DNA from: Antedon mediterranea
Lineage: Eukaryota > Animalia > Echinodermata
Direction: 5' to 3'
Assembly (NCBI RefSeq): GCF_964355755.1
Contig: NC_092678.1
Location: 11,902,352 to 11,966,351 of the forward strand
Length of the DNA: 64,000 nucleotides
Shown: positions 50,365-63,528 of the stretch, piece by piece
How the letters are laid out: each line of letters begins with the position of its first letter
Numbering within the stretch: position 1 is the stretch's first letter
Notes under the pieces: model-generated
The model's input: the letters and a program-made list of their open reading frames with translations, nothing else
The model's database searches: none
Told to the model about the DNA's origin: nothing
Translations under genes and position numbers: made by a program

Positions 50365-53300
50365 ATGCCAAAAACGCCATCAAACAAATTCAAAACAGGA
50401 AAAAACGCTCAAAAGAAGAAACAATCACTCTCGGAGGCGATAGACTACGGAAACCTGGCACGGGAACTGCACGCTCTACAACAAGCAGAGAAACAAAACG
50501 AGCCGTCGGACAGCCAAACAGATACAATTCTCGATGAGGTTTCTCCGGTAAACGACCCAACACACCAACTTTCAGGTGAGGAGGTTTTGGCTCAACCCGA
50601 CATTACCATGTCAGAATCTATACCCCTCGGGGCAGGGGTCAGTGCCGCCATACGGTAAAAAAATATGGAACGATACGTTCATTGAACTACGTTCGCTTCT
50701 TCCCAGTTACAAGGAACAATCCACGGTAACAGGCATGTCAGTGGGTAATGGTGGTAACATACATCTTCACCATGAGTCAACCCCACAAGAACCACTGGAT
50801 TTCCTGGATTGGTTAAAAGCTATGCACATTTATATAGCGATATATATTGAGAAGAATAAGGAGGCAAGTAAGCCAATGCTCAAATATATCGCCAACATTT
50901 TAGATTTATATACGTCAGGTCCAGTAGAGGCTTGGAGACGATATGACATAAATTTTAGGAAAGCTCGACAATCCCGCACACTCGAAACTTTTTCCAACCA
51001 AATTTCAGAGTCCGTTTTGGAATGCCCGACAACGAGGCACATGTTGGAACTGGAACGACGGAAAAGATCGCAGGAAGAAACCATGCACTCTCAAAAACAT
51101 GCATGCGAACTCTGTAAGGGGAACCACCCAAAATCCCGTTGTCAAAAATTAACAAAGCTAGGCAATCACCATCCTTTATGTCTACCAACCCCAATTAAAC
51201 TCACTAATCTAGGGTCATACCTAACAGGTTCCCCACAAGATATGTTTACATCCATTTTAGCGGGTTTTAAGAAGGGTTGGGGTCTATAACTCCACCTAAG
51301 CCGATGAAAGCCAACAACCAAGGAGCTGCTTTACATACGTAAAGGCTGTAAAGGGGTTTATAGAAAAGGGAGTATACTCTTAGGGAGGATCGCAGGTCCG
51401 TTCTCATCTCCACCGATACCTACCGATGAAAAATTAGTACAATATGACAACATCGACACAATTATAAAACAAGTAATATCGTTTGGGGTAGGCAGTCTTA
51501 TGGCTAAAACGGATATCGAAGAGGCCTTTCGCATTATTCCGATCACACCTAAAGATTACTGGCTTTTAGGTGTGGGAAGAAAAATTTTATTATGACAAAT
51601 GTTTACCAATGGGAGCATCCAGTTCATGCAATCGTTTTGGTTTGTTTAGCGACGGATTAACATCGATAATGCGAAATAAGTTCCATACCATATCCCATTT
51701 GTTAGATGATTTTTGGTTTATTAGGGAAGCCAATTCCGACACATGATTAAATTCTCTGACCAACTTTATGTTTTTATGTTCTTAAGTGGGGGTTCCGATC
51801 AAATACAGCAAAACGGTTACACCACGGACATGCTTGACCATATACGCCATAGAAGTAGATACTTTAGCAATGGAATGTAGACTTCCTATGGAAAAGGTCA
51901 TAACAATTCGGGACTGTCTTATTTTCTTTCGAGAAAGAAAGTGACCTTAAAAGAATTACAATCTGTTAGGTCTCCTAAATTTTGCTTGTTGTGTGGTCGT
52001 TCCCGGCCGTCCATTTTTACGCCGATTAATAAACCTAACAGCGGGTAACACTATGAAACATTCAATTCAAGAAGACCACTGGCTAAGGATTTTCGGACTT
52101 TAACTACAGAGACCAAAGAGGATTTTAACACTTGGTTAGAATTCGCGAACAACTTTAATGGGAAAGCTATGATACTAGAAGAAATTTGGTTATCTTCGTC
52201 AACCCTTCAATTATTTACTGATGCGGCGGGCTCAATTGGATGCGCAGGAGTCCTTGATTCAAAATGGTTCGCGTTTCGTTGGCCAATTCATTTGCAACAT
52301 CACTCGATCGCCGCGAAAGAAGTGTTCCCAATCGTTTTAGCACTTGAATTGTGACACCTTCTATCAAATAAATACATTTTATTTCAGTCCGATAATATAG
52401 CAGTGGTGTACATAATAAATAAGAAAACAGCTAAAGATAGTATTCTCCTCCGTTTACTCAGGCGATTAATTCTCTGCTGTCTCAACTATAACATTAATTT
52501 CAGAGCGCAACATATTCAAGGGGTAAAAAATGTCATGGCAGATTGGCTATCACGTTTTAAAATCGATAAGGCCTTGATGACTTTTAAACATTTAGAAAAA
52601 TGTTTAACTATTGTACCCTCCACGTTTATTTATATTTAGTTAGTTTAGCGTTTTACAGATGTTTTTCACCTCTTTTCCATTTATAGGACCTTTAACATTG
52701 GAGGACGATATTATTTTGGCCATCACGCGCGGACGACCTGTCACAGACAGCTCGTAAGTTAATCAAATCGTCCTTGTCAACTTCATCTCGTAAAGCATAC
52801 GCTCGAAGTTGGGAATTGCTCAATAGGTGGTCAATAGGAAAAAATAATCTACCGCTTCTCCCTCCCACCTTTGTAATTTCATCGCATTCTTATTTGAAAA
52901 AGGGTATGCACCAAGCACGATAAATTAACATGTTTCGGGTATTTGTTTTATCCACAAAATTCAGTTTCCCAGAGACCCATCAGATTCTTTTCTTGTCAGG
53001 AAAACACTTCGTGGTATACATGCTTCTTCACAATCTAGGGACACGCGCTTGCCGATTACAATTGACATTCTCAGAAAATTAATCAGAGCCCTAGACTCCA
53101 CAGTTCTGTCTTTAAAAATTAGAAATCTTTTGTCAGCTTTTTCTTGACCGCGTTCCAGAGTTTCATGCGAGTTGGCGAGTTAGCCGCCCGAACAGGCATG
53201 GAAGCTAAGGTACTACAGCGCGAAGACGTTCATTTTTCCTCCAAGGGGATGAATTTAACTTTGCGCCATTCCAAAACATCGACGGGAAAACCACCTATTA

Positions 53301-53617
53301 CTATCCATATTATTACTTCGCAAAACGATCAGGCTTTTTGCCCGGTGCACCATCTCCGTACGTACTCAGCCATACCAACGGCCCTCTGTTCCAACACATA
53401 GATGGTAAACCGGTAACTCCACAATTCATATCAACATGTCTTAAGACAGCAATTTCATTTATTAGATCCCACTCTATATAAAGGTCACAGTTTCAGAATA
53501 GGGGCAGCTACACATGCCGCGGGTCTTGGGCTGTCAGAACATATAATTCAAAAAATGGGTCGTTGGTCCTCTGATGCATTTAAAAGCTACGTACGTATGC
53601 ATTCGTTTAATATTTAA
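50365..53617 (+). mobile_element. DIRS/Ngaro-type tyrosine-recombinase retrotransposon (gag, RT, RNase H, YR), degenerate
   Basis: gag WRRYDINFR + HACELCKGNH; RT KTDIEEAFRIIP, LPMGASSS, LLDDF; RNase H FTDAAG..NVMADWLSR; YR MRVGE, GHSFRIGAAT, GRWSSDAFKSYVR. Confidence 0.9.
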
Positions 53618-53630
53618 AAAGTACAAAATA

Positions 53631-54448
53631 CATTGATTGGAAAACTTCTTGGTTACGGAAAGTATGTAAAATGAAAGATAAGAAACTAGCACAATTCAAT
53701 TATAAGATGTTACATAGAATACTGCCTACCAACAAACGGCTGTATCAGTGGAAAGTTAAGGAAACACAAACGTGTGACAAATGTGGAGAAATTGAAAATG
53801 AAAATCATTTGTTTTTTAGTTGTAGATTTATTCAGAAATATTGGAGGAAAATGCTTAGTATCTTTGTAAGTTTAAATCACAATAATATATCATTTAAACA
53901 ATTAATACTAGGAACGGGAGATAAGCTAATAGATTATATTTACACTTTTGCAGCATTTACTATTTATAGAATAAAAATGTTATCTGCACTAAATAAGCCA
54001 GTGGGTAAATCTTTATGGAATTCATTTAAAAGCAATATGTTATATAACATTGAATGTGAAACATATAACAATAAAGAAACAAGTATAGAAAAATGGATAG
54101 CTTTAAGAAATAAGATTATGATAATATAATTTCTAATTTGATACGATTAACCGAAAAAGAATTACAGTGATACGGGTTACTGGTGGTACTGAGCTATTAT
54201 TGTTTTTTTTTTATCATATAAATATATTGTATAATCCGGGTTGTAAAATGAAAACAAACAAATGAAAATGTGTGAACTATTTTAAAACGGGACAGATGAT
54301 AATGATGATCCAAAATATAAGAAAATTAATGAAAAAAGGAGTAATACAGAATTCATATATGTAAAAATGTTACTTATGAACTGTAACGACATTTACAATG
54401 ATAATATGAATGTGAATAAAAGTGGTGTTTGCGCCACAAAAGAGAAAA
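53631..54448 (+). mobile_element. 5'-truncated L1/Tx1-type LINE (zf-RVT C-terminus, 3'UTR, polyA)
   Basis: ORF 53671-54129 CDKCGEIENENHLFFSC; AATAAA, A tail; 15 bp TSD aaaaagtacaaaata. Confidence 0.85.
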
Positions 54449-54769
54449 AAAAAGTACAAAATATATTATGGCGGTTGGTCGTAATACAGGGCGTTTGGCT
54501 CAAAAGATAATAAACCATTGAGCGGGTGGCTCAGGTTACATTATAGGTAGGCCTATATATTAATTTTGTTTAGATTTACTATGCTATGCAATGGATTGCA
54601 TTCCATATTTAAGTAAACGTTTTCTTTCCTCTGCTCCTTGGCTGGTGTTTGGGTGCTCTCATTTACAATGGGTTCTGGCCTTTTTTGGCACCCACTATCA
54701 AGCATTTATCATTATATCAAACTTTATATGATGGATGTTAACTAATTAACTAATTTTACTCTCATATGT

Positions 54770-56480
54770 TTAGATGTATACTGTTACCTAAACCCAAACC
54801 TATTCTAATTGGAACCTGTTACCGACCTGAAAAGCAGCGATCGTTTTTTACCTCACTTGAGACAACCTGTGGAGATAGTCTAAGAAGTTATTATTTTAGG
54901 TTACTTTAATGTAGATGTATCTATCAATTTAAGTAAAAATAAATGGGTGTCCCAATTTTGTAATATGTTTAATCTCTCCCAACTTATTAAGGACTCAACA
55001 CGCATTGCTTGCACTACCTCTACAATCATAGATCTTATTATTTTCTCAACCGATCCTCTTAATATTTTCCAATATGGTGTTATCCCTTTCGGCGTCAGTG
55101 ATCATGTTATAACTTACTGCACCAGAAAGATAGTTAACATCCCGATTAAGAGGCATAAAACGATTAAAATACGATCTATAAAATCATACTCATCAGAACT
55201 ACTTACTTCTAAATTAAATGAATTAGATTGATCCGATATCATAAATTGCACCAATTTCTGCACTGCTCCTTTAAAAGAAATAAGAATTAAACAACGTTCC
55301 AAACCCTGGTTCACATCAGAAATTAGAGATCTGATCCTTAAACGTGATAAATGCTTAGCTAAATTCAAGAGAACTCGAAATTAGCACATATTTACTGTCT
55401 TTAAAAAGTTAAGAAATTCTGCAAAATATAAAATAAAAAGAACCAAGTCATTTTATTTTTCGGACAAACTTAATGAGAATAAAAATAACCCTAAAAAAAG
55501 ATGTAATGTTTTAACAAGTTTAGGTACCGGAACAGAAAATAAATCTGAAAAAATTGCTCTAAAATGTGAGGATAAAATAATTTACGACAAAAGCTCGATT
55601 ACTGACCATTTAAACTCCTTTTTCATTAATACTCCTGATAATTTAGTCAACAAACTTCCTCCTTCATCTAATACTTACAATGAAAACCACGTTAAAAATT
55701 ACTATGCCGATAAAAGAGGTGTATTTGCTTTTAAAGAAGTAAATGAACAAACCGTACTAATGATAATAAACAACTTAAATAGTAAGAAAGGTGCGGGTTT
55801 AGATTTCTTACCTGCCAGATTTTTCAAAGATGGGGCTCTGGCTATCTTACATCCACTGAGCCATATTATAAATATATCCATTTCAACTGGATATATCCCT
55901 TTTGTTTGGAAATCTGCTAAGGTAGTGCCTATTTACAAAAAGAAACTACAGACCCGTTTCTGTTCTATCGGCAGTGTCTAAAATTGTAGAACGTATTATG
56001 TATAATCAATTAATGAGTTACTTAAACGATCAATCACTTCCTTATACCTATCAATCAGGTTTTAGACCTTTATTTTCTACAGAAACATGTCTACTACATC
56101 TATCGGATTCTGTGAGAAATGGATGGGATAAAGGGAAAATGACTGGTATGGTTATACTTGACCTTCAAAAGGCCATGGGTTTTACTAGTCTATCTTTGTC
56201 ATGGATGCACCCCAGGGATCTATTCTGGGGGGTCCTTTAATATTTTTGCTGTATGTCAACGACATGCAATCGGCTGTTGGTTGTTGCTATATGCAGACGA
56301 TGCAGCTCTTTTAGTCACGAATAAAGACCTTGATTATATTGAAAACAGACTAAGTAATATGAATTGCAAGCGTTGAATATTTGGCTTACTGACAATAGAT
56401 TATCCCTTCATTTAGGTAAGACGGAGTCAATTTTATTTGGTACAAAAACCATGTGTAGAAAACAGACAGAAATGAAAAAG
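54770..56480 (+). mobile_element. degenerate CR1/L2-group LINE ORF2 (APE end + RT)
   Basis: IGTCYRP, SDH, KPWFT, QSGFRPLFSTETCL, LDLQKA, YADD. Confidence 0.85.
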
Positions 56481-56714
56481 TTTCAAATACCTTTACCATT
56501 CAAGGTTGAAAATCCTATATTGCCTGACAACAAGTTCGATCCAAGCAAGGAGAAGACTGGAACAATTGAAAGGGAAAATGATGAAGAATCCCAAATATGC
56601 CGAACAATAAAAGTTGTTCATAAATGTTATAGTCTGAAATAAAGATATATAAATAGCGCCCCCTAAAAAAATTGTACTTTTAAGGAATACCCCTCGTAGC
56701 GATGGTACCGTCCA

Positions 56715-57645
56715 AACTATGAGAAGACGGTAACATCAGGAGTGCCTCAAGGCACGGTACTTGGTCCGTTAATGTTTCTATTATACATCAATGACATCGG
56801 AGAAGATATTAGCACCGGTAAAACCATAAAATGATGACTGTTTACTCTTTCGACCTGTAAATAAAATAGCAGACCAAGAACAACTACAACATGACCTTGA
56901 TCAAGTAGTCCAATGGTCTAAAAAATGGCAGATGTCTTTTAATCCATCAAAATGCTATACAATGAACATGACGAGGAGTAAAAATCCACTTACACTTGAC
57001 TACAAGATGAAAGAAGAGATTCTAACCACTGTCAAGAGCAGCAAATACCTTGGAGTCTTAATAACAAATGATCTATCATGGGAACCACACATAAACCAAG
57101 TTATAAACGATTCCAATAAGATTCTAGGCTTCCTAATGAGAACTTCTCTCGATGCGACTCTCGTATTAAAGCAACTGCCTATCAATCACTAGTTCGTCCA
57201 AAACTTGAATATGCAGCTACAGTATGGGATCCCCATCAATCACAACTTATAAACAAGCTTGAAATGGTACAACGAAGAGCTGCAAGATTTGCAACATCCG
57301 ATTACAGCAGAAGAACATGAAGTGTCACATCCATGCTACATGCACTACGGTACACTGGCCAACTCTTCAACAACGTAGGAAAAAGAAAAGATTAATGTTA
57401 CTTCTGTCGTACACAATGCTACAAATACAGTTTTCTGCCCAGGACATTGAATGACTGGAACAGCCTCCCGACCGAAACCGCGCTGTCTCAAAAAGCCGCA
57501 TTTGAGCAAGCCCTTGATAAATTCATAAAAAGTTCATAGATAAATAAATAAAACTGAGCACACGTGGCGTACCGTAAGCTGCAAACACACTAGATTATAG
57601 TGCTGAAATCAGCGATGTCCAGTCATCATTCTGAAGATTCTGAAG
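56715..57645 (+). mobile_element. second LINE 3' fragment (CR1-group RT/thumb)
   Basis: [46 protein letters not shown]; tail ttctgaaga x2. Confidence 0.85.
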
Positions 57646-59744
57646 ACGATAACACGAGTGATGCGGCCATTGTGGTTCGACATCTAATACTGTACATCGT
57701 GTATTATTATTGTCTTGTAGGTATGTAAAGATAACTGGGTTATTTCATAAAGTAAATTGTCAGGAAGTAGAACGGAGATGAGTCTACTTATTTAGAAATT
57801 ATGTAGGAACGAACGATGAAGCATGAATCTATAAAAACAGTATTTTAAGGGATAAATCAACCTGTAACTGTATGTTGGCTGCCAAAGAATCCGCGTACTT
57901 CCGGGATCGAATTTCTCCATAGTTGTCTGCGGAATTACTGAAAGGGCTTCCCTTGAAATGCTTGTTTCTTATTGGTCAAAGAGGTAAATCCTAATGTTTA
58001 TTGTTGATGACGTAGAGGAAATTTTTAATTTCCGACGAGTGTATCGATTTTTACAATGCACCGAAACATTTTGCCTAACTTCAGACGCTAAATTATCATA
58101 CTTCTACATTACGGACCTTAAGATGTTTTTGTTATTGTCCCTACTAGTACTAGCTTTAAAAAACTTAGTTTCTTCTTGTAATGCTCATAACACACTGCTG
58201 AAAATGACACTCCTCTATATCCTATTACATTTGTAATCATTAATTTCCATGGTAACTAGTCTGAAGGCCAGAAGAAACTACATGTAAGCAGAAAACTGCC
58301 TGATGTAAGCAAATACTGTACTAAAAGGGTAAAGAATAGGACTATAACAAATTAATGTTAGAATAATAGTAGTCAACTTGGGTTATATATTATTTATTAA
58401 TTATAAAATAATATCAATTGCTATTATATTTATAATTACTACAGAATGACGATGTGCTATGTTTTTTATGCTCCATATTTCAACAATAAACAGCATTAAA
58501 ACACATTATTTCATAATAATAATAATAATAATAATATTTATTCGGCAAAAGTTCATAAAGTACATTTTACAATTCATCTTGCCAGGAGCAAGTAATAGGC
58601 ATGAGCCCAAACAGAAAACTGCTCTTACTCCATCATTACTTATAAAATACAAAAATAACAAAACTAAGTAGCACAAATTAAGTCAAAATAAAACAAAACA
58701 AAGTTATAATGAGATACACCAATTAAAAATAAGCTGCATTGAATAAACAATATAAACAATTACAGTACAACTTAATATTTTGAGATCAAATGTTTGATGA
58801 GTTGGGCTTTAATATTTACACATTAAAAGCTATAGGTTATAGTTATGCATGACAGCAATTTTGGTGAACAAAAAATGGTATTTCATTTGATGATATACTG
58901 TATGTTATCTTTATTTTTCTCTAGAAAATCTACAAAATTAAGCAAAGTTTTACTCCAGTATAAAACCACAAGCTACATTGTCCAGTTATCTTCTGGTAAG
59001 TATCTGGAAGAACCATAAAACGTATATAGACCTCTTTTATTGTTAGTCTATTCATCATTCTCCAATCATTGGTTATGGTTTTGCATGACACTACTATTAT
59101 GGAATTACTGTACATATTTTCAAAAGCAATTTGGCTTTACTATAGTTAGCACCCTTGTTGGAAATCAGTCTAATAACCATTGCTACACAAGCCACAACTT
59201 AAACATCTCAAATTCTGTTATTTACAACATCTGAAATTTTAATCTAAACTTTACAATGCCATATAATAATAATAATGTTCTATACTGGCCTCTGCAATTA
59301 GAAACCTAATATTTAATTTTTATTTTTTTTTGTATTTGATGAAAAAAATGTATTTGATTGATTTGATATGTGGGCCTCCCCCTCCCCCCCTTTTTTTTTA
59401 TATAGAAAATCGATTGTTAACAATGCAAACAAAAACCTGATGATTCAAATTGTTAGGTTTTATATGCATTATCATGCATATAATTATAACCTTATTGATT
59501 TTGTCAGAATCTTTATTTATTTATTTATTTATTCTTTCATTATCACTATTTTGTCCGTCAATTATCTTGAGATTATTTTCATCTAGCTACGTAAATTTTT
59601 AATAAATATATAAATGACTGTATTATATTTGGTGAACAAATCATCTTCTATTCTATCACACCTTATTTATTGTGAATGTAAATTTTATATTTCTTCTCTT
59701 AGCAGATTGTAAAAGTGATTCTGGATAAAAAGATATTCTGGATA

Positions 59745-59953
59745 AAAGTCTGTTTGTTGGCAACTCAACGAAAATATCCTCTAACTGTAGCACTAGTAGC
59801 GAGTCATAGCGGAGTTGTGACAGCAGCAGGGTTGAAAGAGTCTGTTTGTTGACAACTCAACGACAATATCCTCTAGCTGTAGCACCAGTTGGTGAGTCAA
59901 AGCGGAGTTGTGACGGCAGCAGGGTTGAAAAAGTCTGTTTATTGGCAACTCAG
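59745..59953. repeat. ~92 bp tandem repeat, about 2.2 copies
   Basis: agtctgtttgttggcaactcaacg...agcagggttgaaa. Confidence 0.75.
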
Positions 59954-61707
59954 ACAATAGCCTTTAGCATTTTATACGAGCAATAAACATTGACAGAACA
60001 CATTTTGTACATAATTAAACAGAACTGCAATGGTTTTATCATAACTCATACTTTAAATTGAGAAACAGAATATTCGAGCAATAAACATTGAGAGAACAGA
60101 AAAGAAAATGAACATCACAAATGAGAAGACAACTGTAGTTACAGATGAAAACACTGATAATCAAATCTGCAAATCAATATACAAACGGTCAAAAATCTAA
60201 TACAACTAATAATGGTATTTCAAAAAATGAATTGTGTGAGTTTGGAATAGAAATGGAAATAAATGATGGTATAATAGCACGAGGCAGTTATCATCAAGGT
60301 GATTTCAGATTTAGAGAACTTGCAGGTAAACAATGTGTATCTAATGCTCTTTTAGCTATACTTTACTGCAAAATAAAAAATGGAAATGAATTCCAAACTT
60401 GTGATCTCGATGAAATGTTATTACTTGGCAGTGAATTGTATAATTACTTTATACAAAAAGATTCATTAATGAATGAAGAATTGTTAATGGTGTCAGAACT
60501 ACCAAAAGAACTTCATATTCTAAATAACTCATTTGAAATGATTTACAGTGACGGACTTTATGGCACATTAGAAGGAAGATGCATTGTTGTATGGAGCAAA
60601 GTCATTACGACAAACCTTAGAATATGATTTATACAAATATGATGCATGTTTTATGACTTTTTATGGTTGTACTTTTGCTACAATTAAACGTCCTACTGGG
60701 TACTCAGTTTGAATTAACAGGAATTATTGTATCTACAAACAGCAACAAAGATGAAAATAATGAAAATGATGTACATGCGTCACAAGCAACAAACAACTCT
60801 CAACAAAACACAGGTGTTGATAATTTATTTGATGATATTGTCATTGAAATTGAAAGCCATATTGACAAAAATGAATCATGTGAGGCTAACAAAGATTCAA
60901 ATGCACATACATTAGATGAGAGTAAAATTATATGTGATGATATTAGTGATATTGAAAGCCATATTGATGAAAGTGAATCATATGAATCTAACAACGGTTC
61001 AAATGCTCCTACATTTGATGAAAGTGAAATTATATGTGATGATATTAGTGATATTGAAAGCCATATTGATGAAAGTGAATTATTTGAAGCTAACAACGGT
61101 TCAAATGCTCCTACATTAGATGAGAATGAAATTATATACGTTTCAACTGAAGTAATAACAGAGAAAACTGATAAGTATTTTAAATACCTACCATTACAAG
61201 TAAATTCTAAAGAATTGTTGTGTCATAAATTAGGTATTGATTATAAAGGTTCAAATTATAATACACCATTTGAATATAACAATGAATATAAAAATATTAT
61301 AAAACCTACTACTACTAAGAAAATAACTGGTGATGGAAATTGTTTCTACATGACAATTGCATATTTAGTTAGTGGGACTGAAAGAAATCATTCCATGTTC
61401 AGAAAAGCAAATGTAAAACACATGTTGGAAAATGATGATCGATTCAAATGTACATTGGACACAGAGAGATATAAAAGTGTAAAACAGTATGTAGTTACGA
61501 ATAAAATAATGAATTCTGGTACATGGGCTTGTGACACTGATATAGTTTCAATGGCAAACATGTTGGACCTTGACATATATGCATACAATGACCAAACAAA
61601 ACAATGGCAAATATTTTCTGCAAGAAAGCCAGGCTACTATAACAAAATTACTACGGAAAGAGGTATATATATACTGTATACTGAAGGTAATCATTTTGAG
61701 GCAATAA

Positions 61708-62300
61708 ATGCATGCCTGGTACAATACGAACGCAGTTGAGATGAAGAAGTTCCTTGCTCTAATGATTCAACTTGGTCCAAATAATAAACCAACATTGGAG
61801 CACTACTGGAGCTCTAATGTCTTGTACAAGAACACATTATTCGGCGGTGTTATGTCCCGTAACCGTTTTCAACTAATGTTACGATTCTGGCACTTCGTTG
61901 ATAATGAAGCACATCATGATGATAGATTATACAAGCTACGACCTCTTGTGGATCATTTCAATGACACGATGAAGAACATTTATTATCCAACAAAGAAATT
62001 GTGCATTGACGAATCAATGGTACTTTGGCGTGGCAGGCTACTATTTCGACAGTACATAAAGAATAAACGCCACAAGTATGGGGTGAAATTTTATGAACTA
62101 TGTGAATCGCGAGGTATGATCATAAAAATCGCTATATACACTGGAGCTGGGTTTATTGAAGATAATGAAGGCCTAGGACTGACTGCAGCTATAGTTTTAG
62201 AACTTATGAAAGATTACCTGGACAAAGGCCATGTTTTGTATACGGACAATTATTATAATTCTGTAGGGCTGACAAAACACCTAACCCAGCATTCTACGTG
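61708..62300 (+). mobile_element. piggyBac transposase (PGBD4-like DDE_Tnp_1_7) internal fragment
   Basis: MSRNRF, IDESM, RQYIKNKRHKYGVK, YTDNYYNS; truncated at both ends. Confidence 0.88.
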
Positions 62301-63072
62301 CCTTTTTAGCAGAGATATACCTGACAAGTGAAAATTTGAGGTCCGCCATTTTGAAATCCAAAATGGCGGCTTTCCCCTGACCAAATTTTGTGCAACCCTT
62401 CCATTTCATATTTTTGACACCCTAATGAATAACTGTGCAAAGTTTCAAAATGTTATCACAATTTGAAGGATTTGCCTAAAATATGCTCCTTAACATGCCT
62501 ACTAATAATAAATTGTGTCACGTTGACAACAGATTTGCTAAAAATACAGAGTACATTTTTTTTGCACAATGCCTTTATGAAATTCAACAAGTATTGTCAA
62601 GTGTTTCTATTGCACTCAGAAAAAGTTCAGGTAAGAAAGATGATTTCTCTTCAGTAAAAGCATCAGATTTCAAAAGAGCATCTAAAGTTCAAGAAATTTT
62701 AAAATGTGATAGGGGTTATAAATTTCTAAAACAAATCAGAGGAACATGTCCATACTGGCAATCTACACAAAAAGATGTACTAGCAATGGTTAGACAGCTT
62801 GGTAAACCAACATGGTTCGCATCATTTTAATCAGCAGATATGAGATGGCCAGAAGTAATGAAAACATTGTTGCTTGAAACAGGTGACAAAAGAAATATCA
62901 ATGAATTAGAATGGGCAGACAAATGCAATCTTTTGAAATCAAATCCTGTTACAGTTGCACGAATGTCATCGATTATTTTTACCGTGTTGAATATCAAGCC
63001 AGAGGCTCACCACATATTCATATGATTTTATGGGTTGAAAATGCACCTCAATTAGGAATTGCCGAAAATGAA

Positions 63073-63528
63073 GGAAATAAATCACTGGAAATGAAATGAA
63101 ATGTTTATGATACGTAAGTTGAGAGAAGCAGGTTTTAATAGTAATGAACTTATTTCTGTTTATATAGGTTATCTGAGACCGGTGCTTGAGTATGCAGCCC
63201 CTTTGTGGCATGCAGGTCTTAAGCAGGGACAGGTGAATAAGATTCAGAAGCGTGTCTGCAAGATTGTGTTGGGCAATGAGTATACAACATACTCGGATTC
63301 TCTTGCCATTTTAAATCTTCAACCACTCCACACAAGAACTTTTTTATTTTTTTTTTTGCTTGTATTATTTGAGGTAACTGCAGCCTAATTTATTCTTTTT
63401 TATATATGTATGTATTGTTGATAGTGATTATAGTTTAAATAGTTTTTATAATGTAATACATATGCAATTCAGCCATGTGCTGCCATGTATGTAATTTGTA
63501 TGTGAATTTTGAATAAAATATACCGATA
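63073..63528 (+). mobile_element. LINE 3' fragment inserted in Helentron Rep
   Basis: YIGYLRPVLEYAAPLWH thumb motif, AATAAA tail; Rep resumes at about 63535 ([11 protein letters not shown]). Confidence 0.75.

Noticed and set aside
61708-62331. Domesticated PGBD gene
   Set aside because: Truncated at both ends, lacks the third catalytic Asp region, embedded in transposon debris
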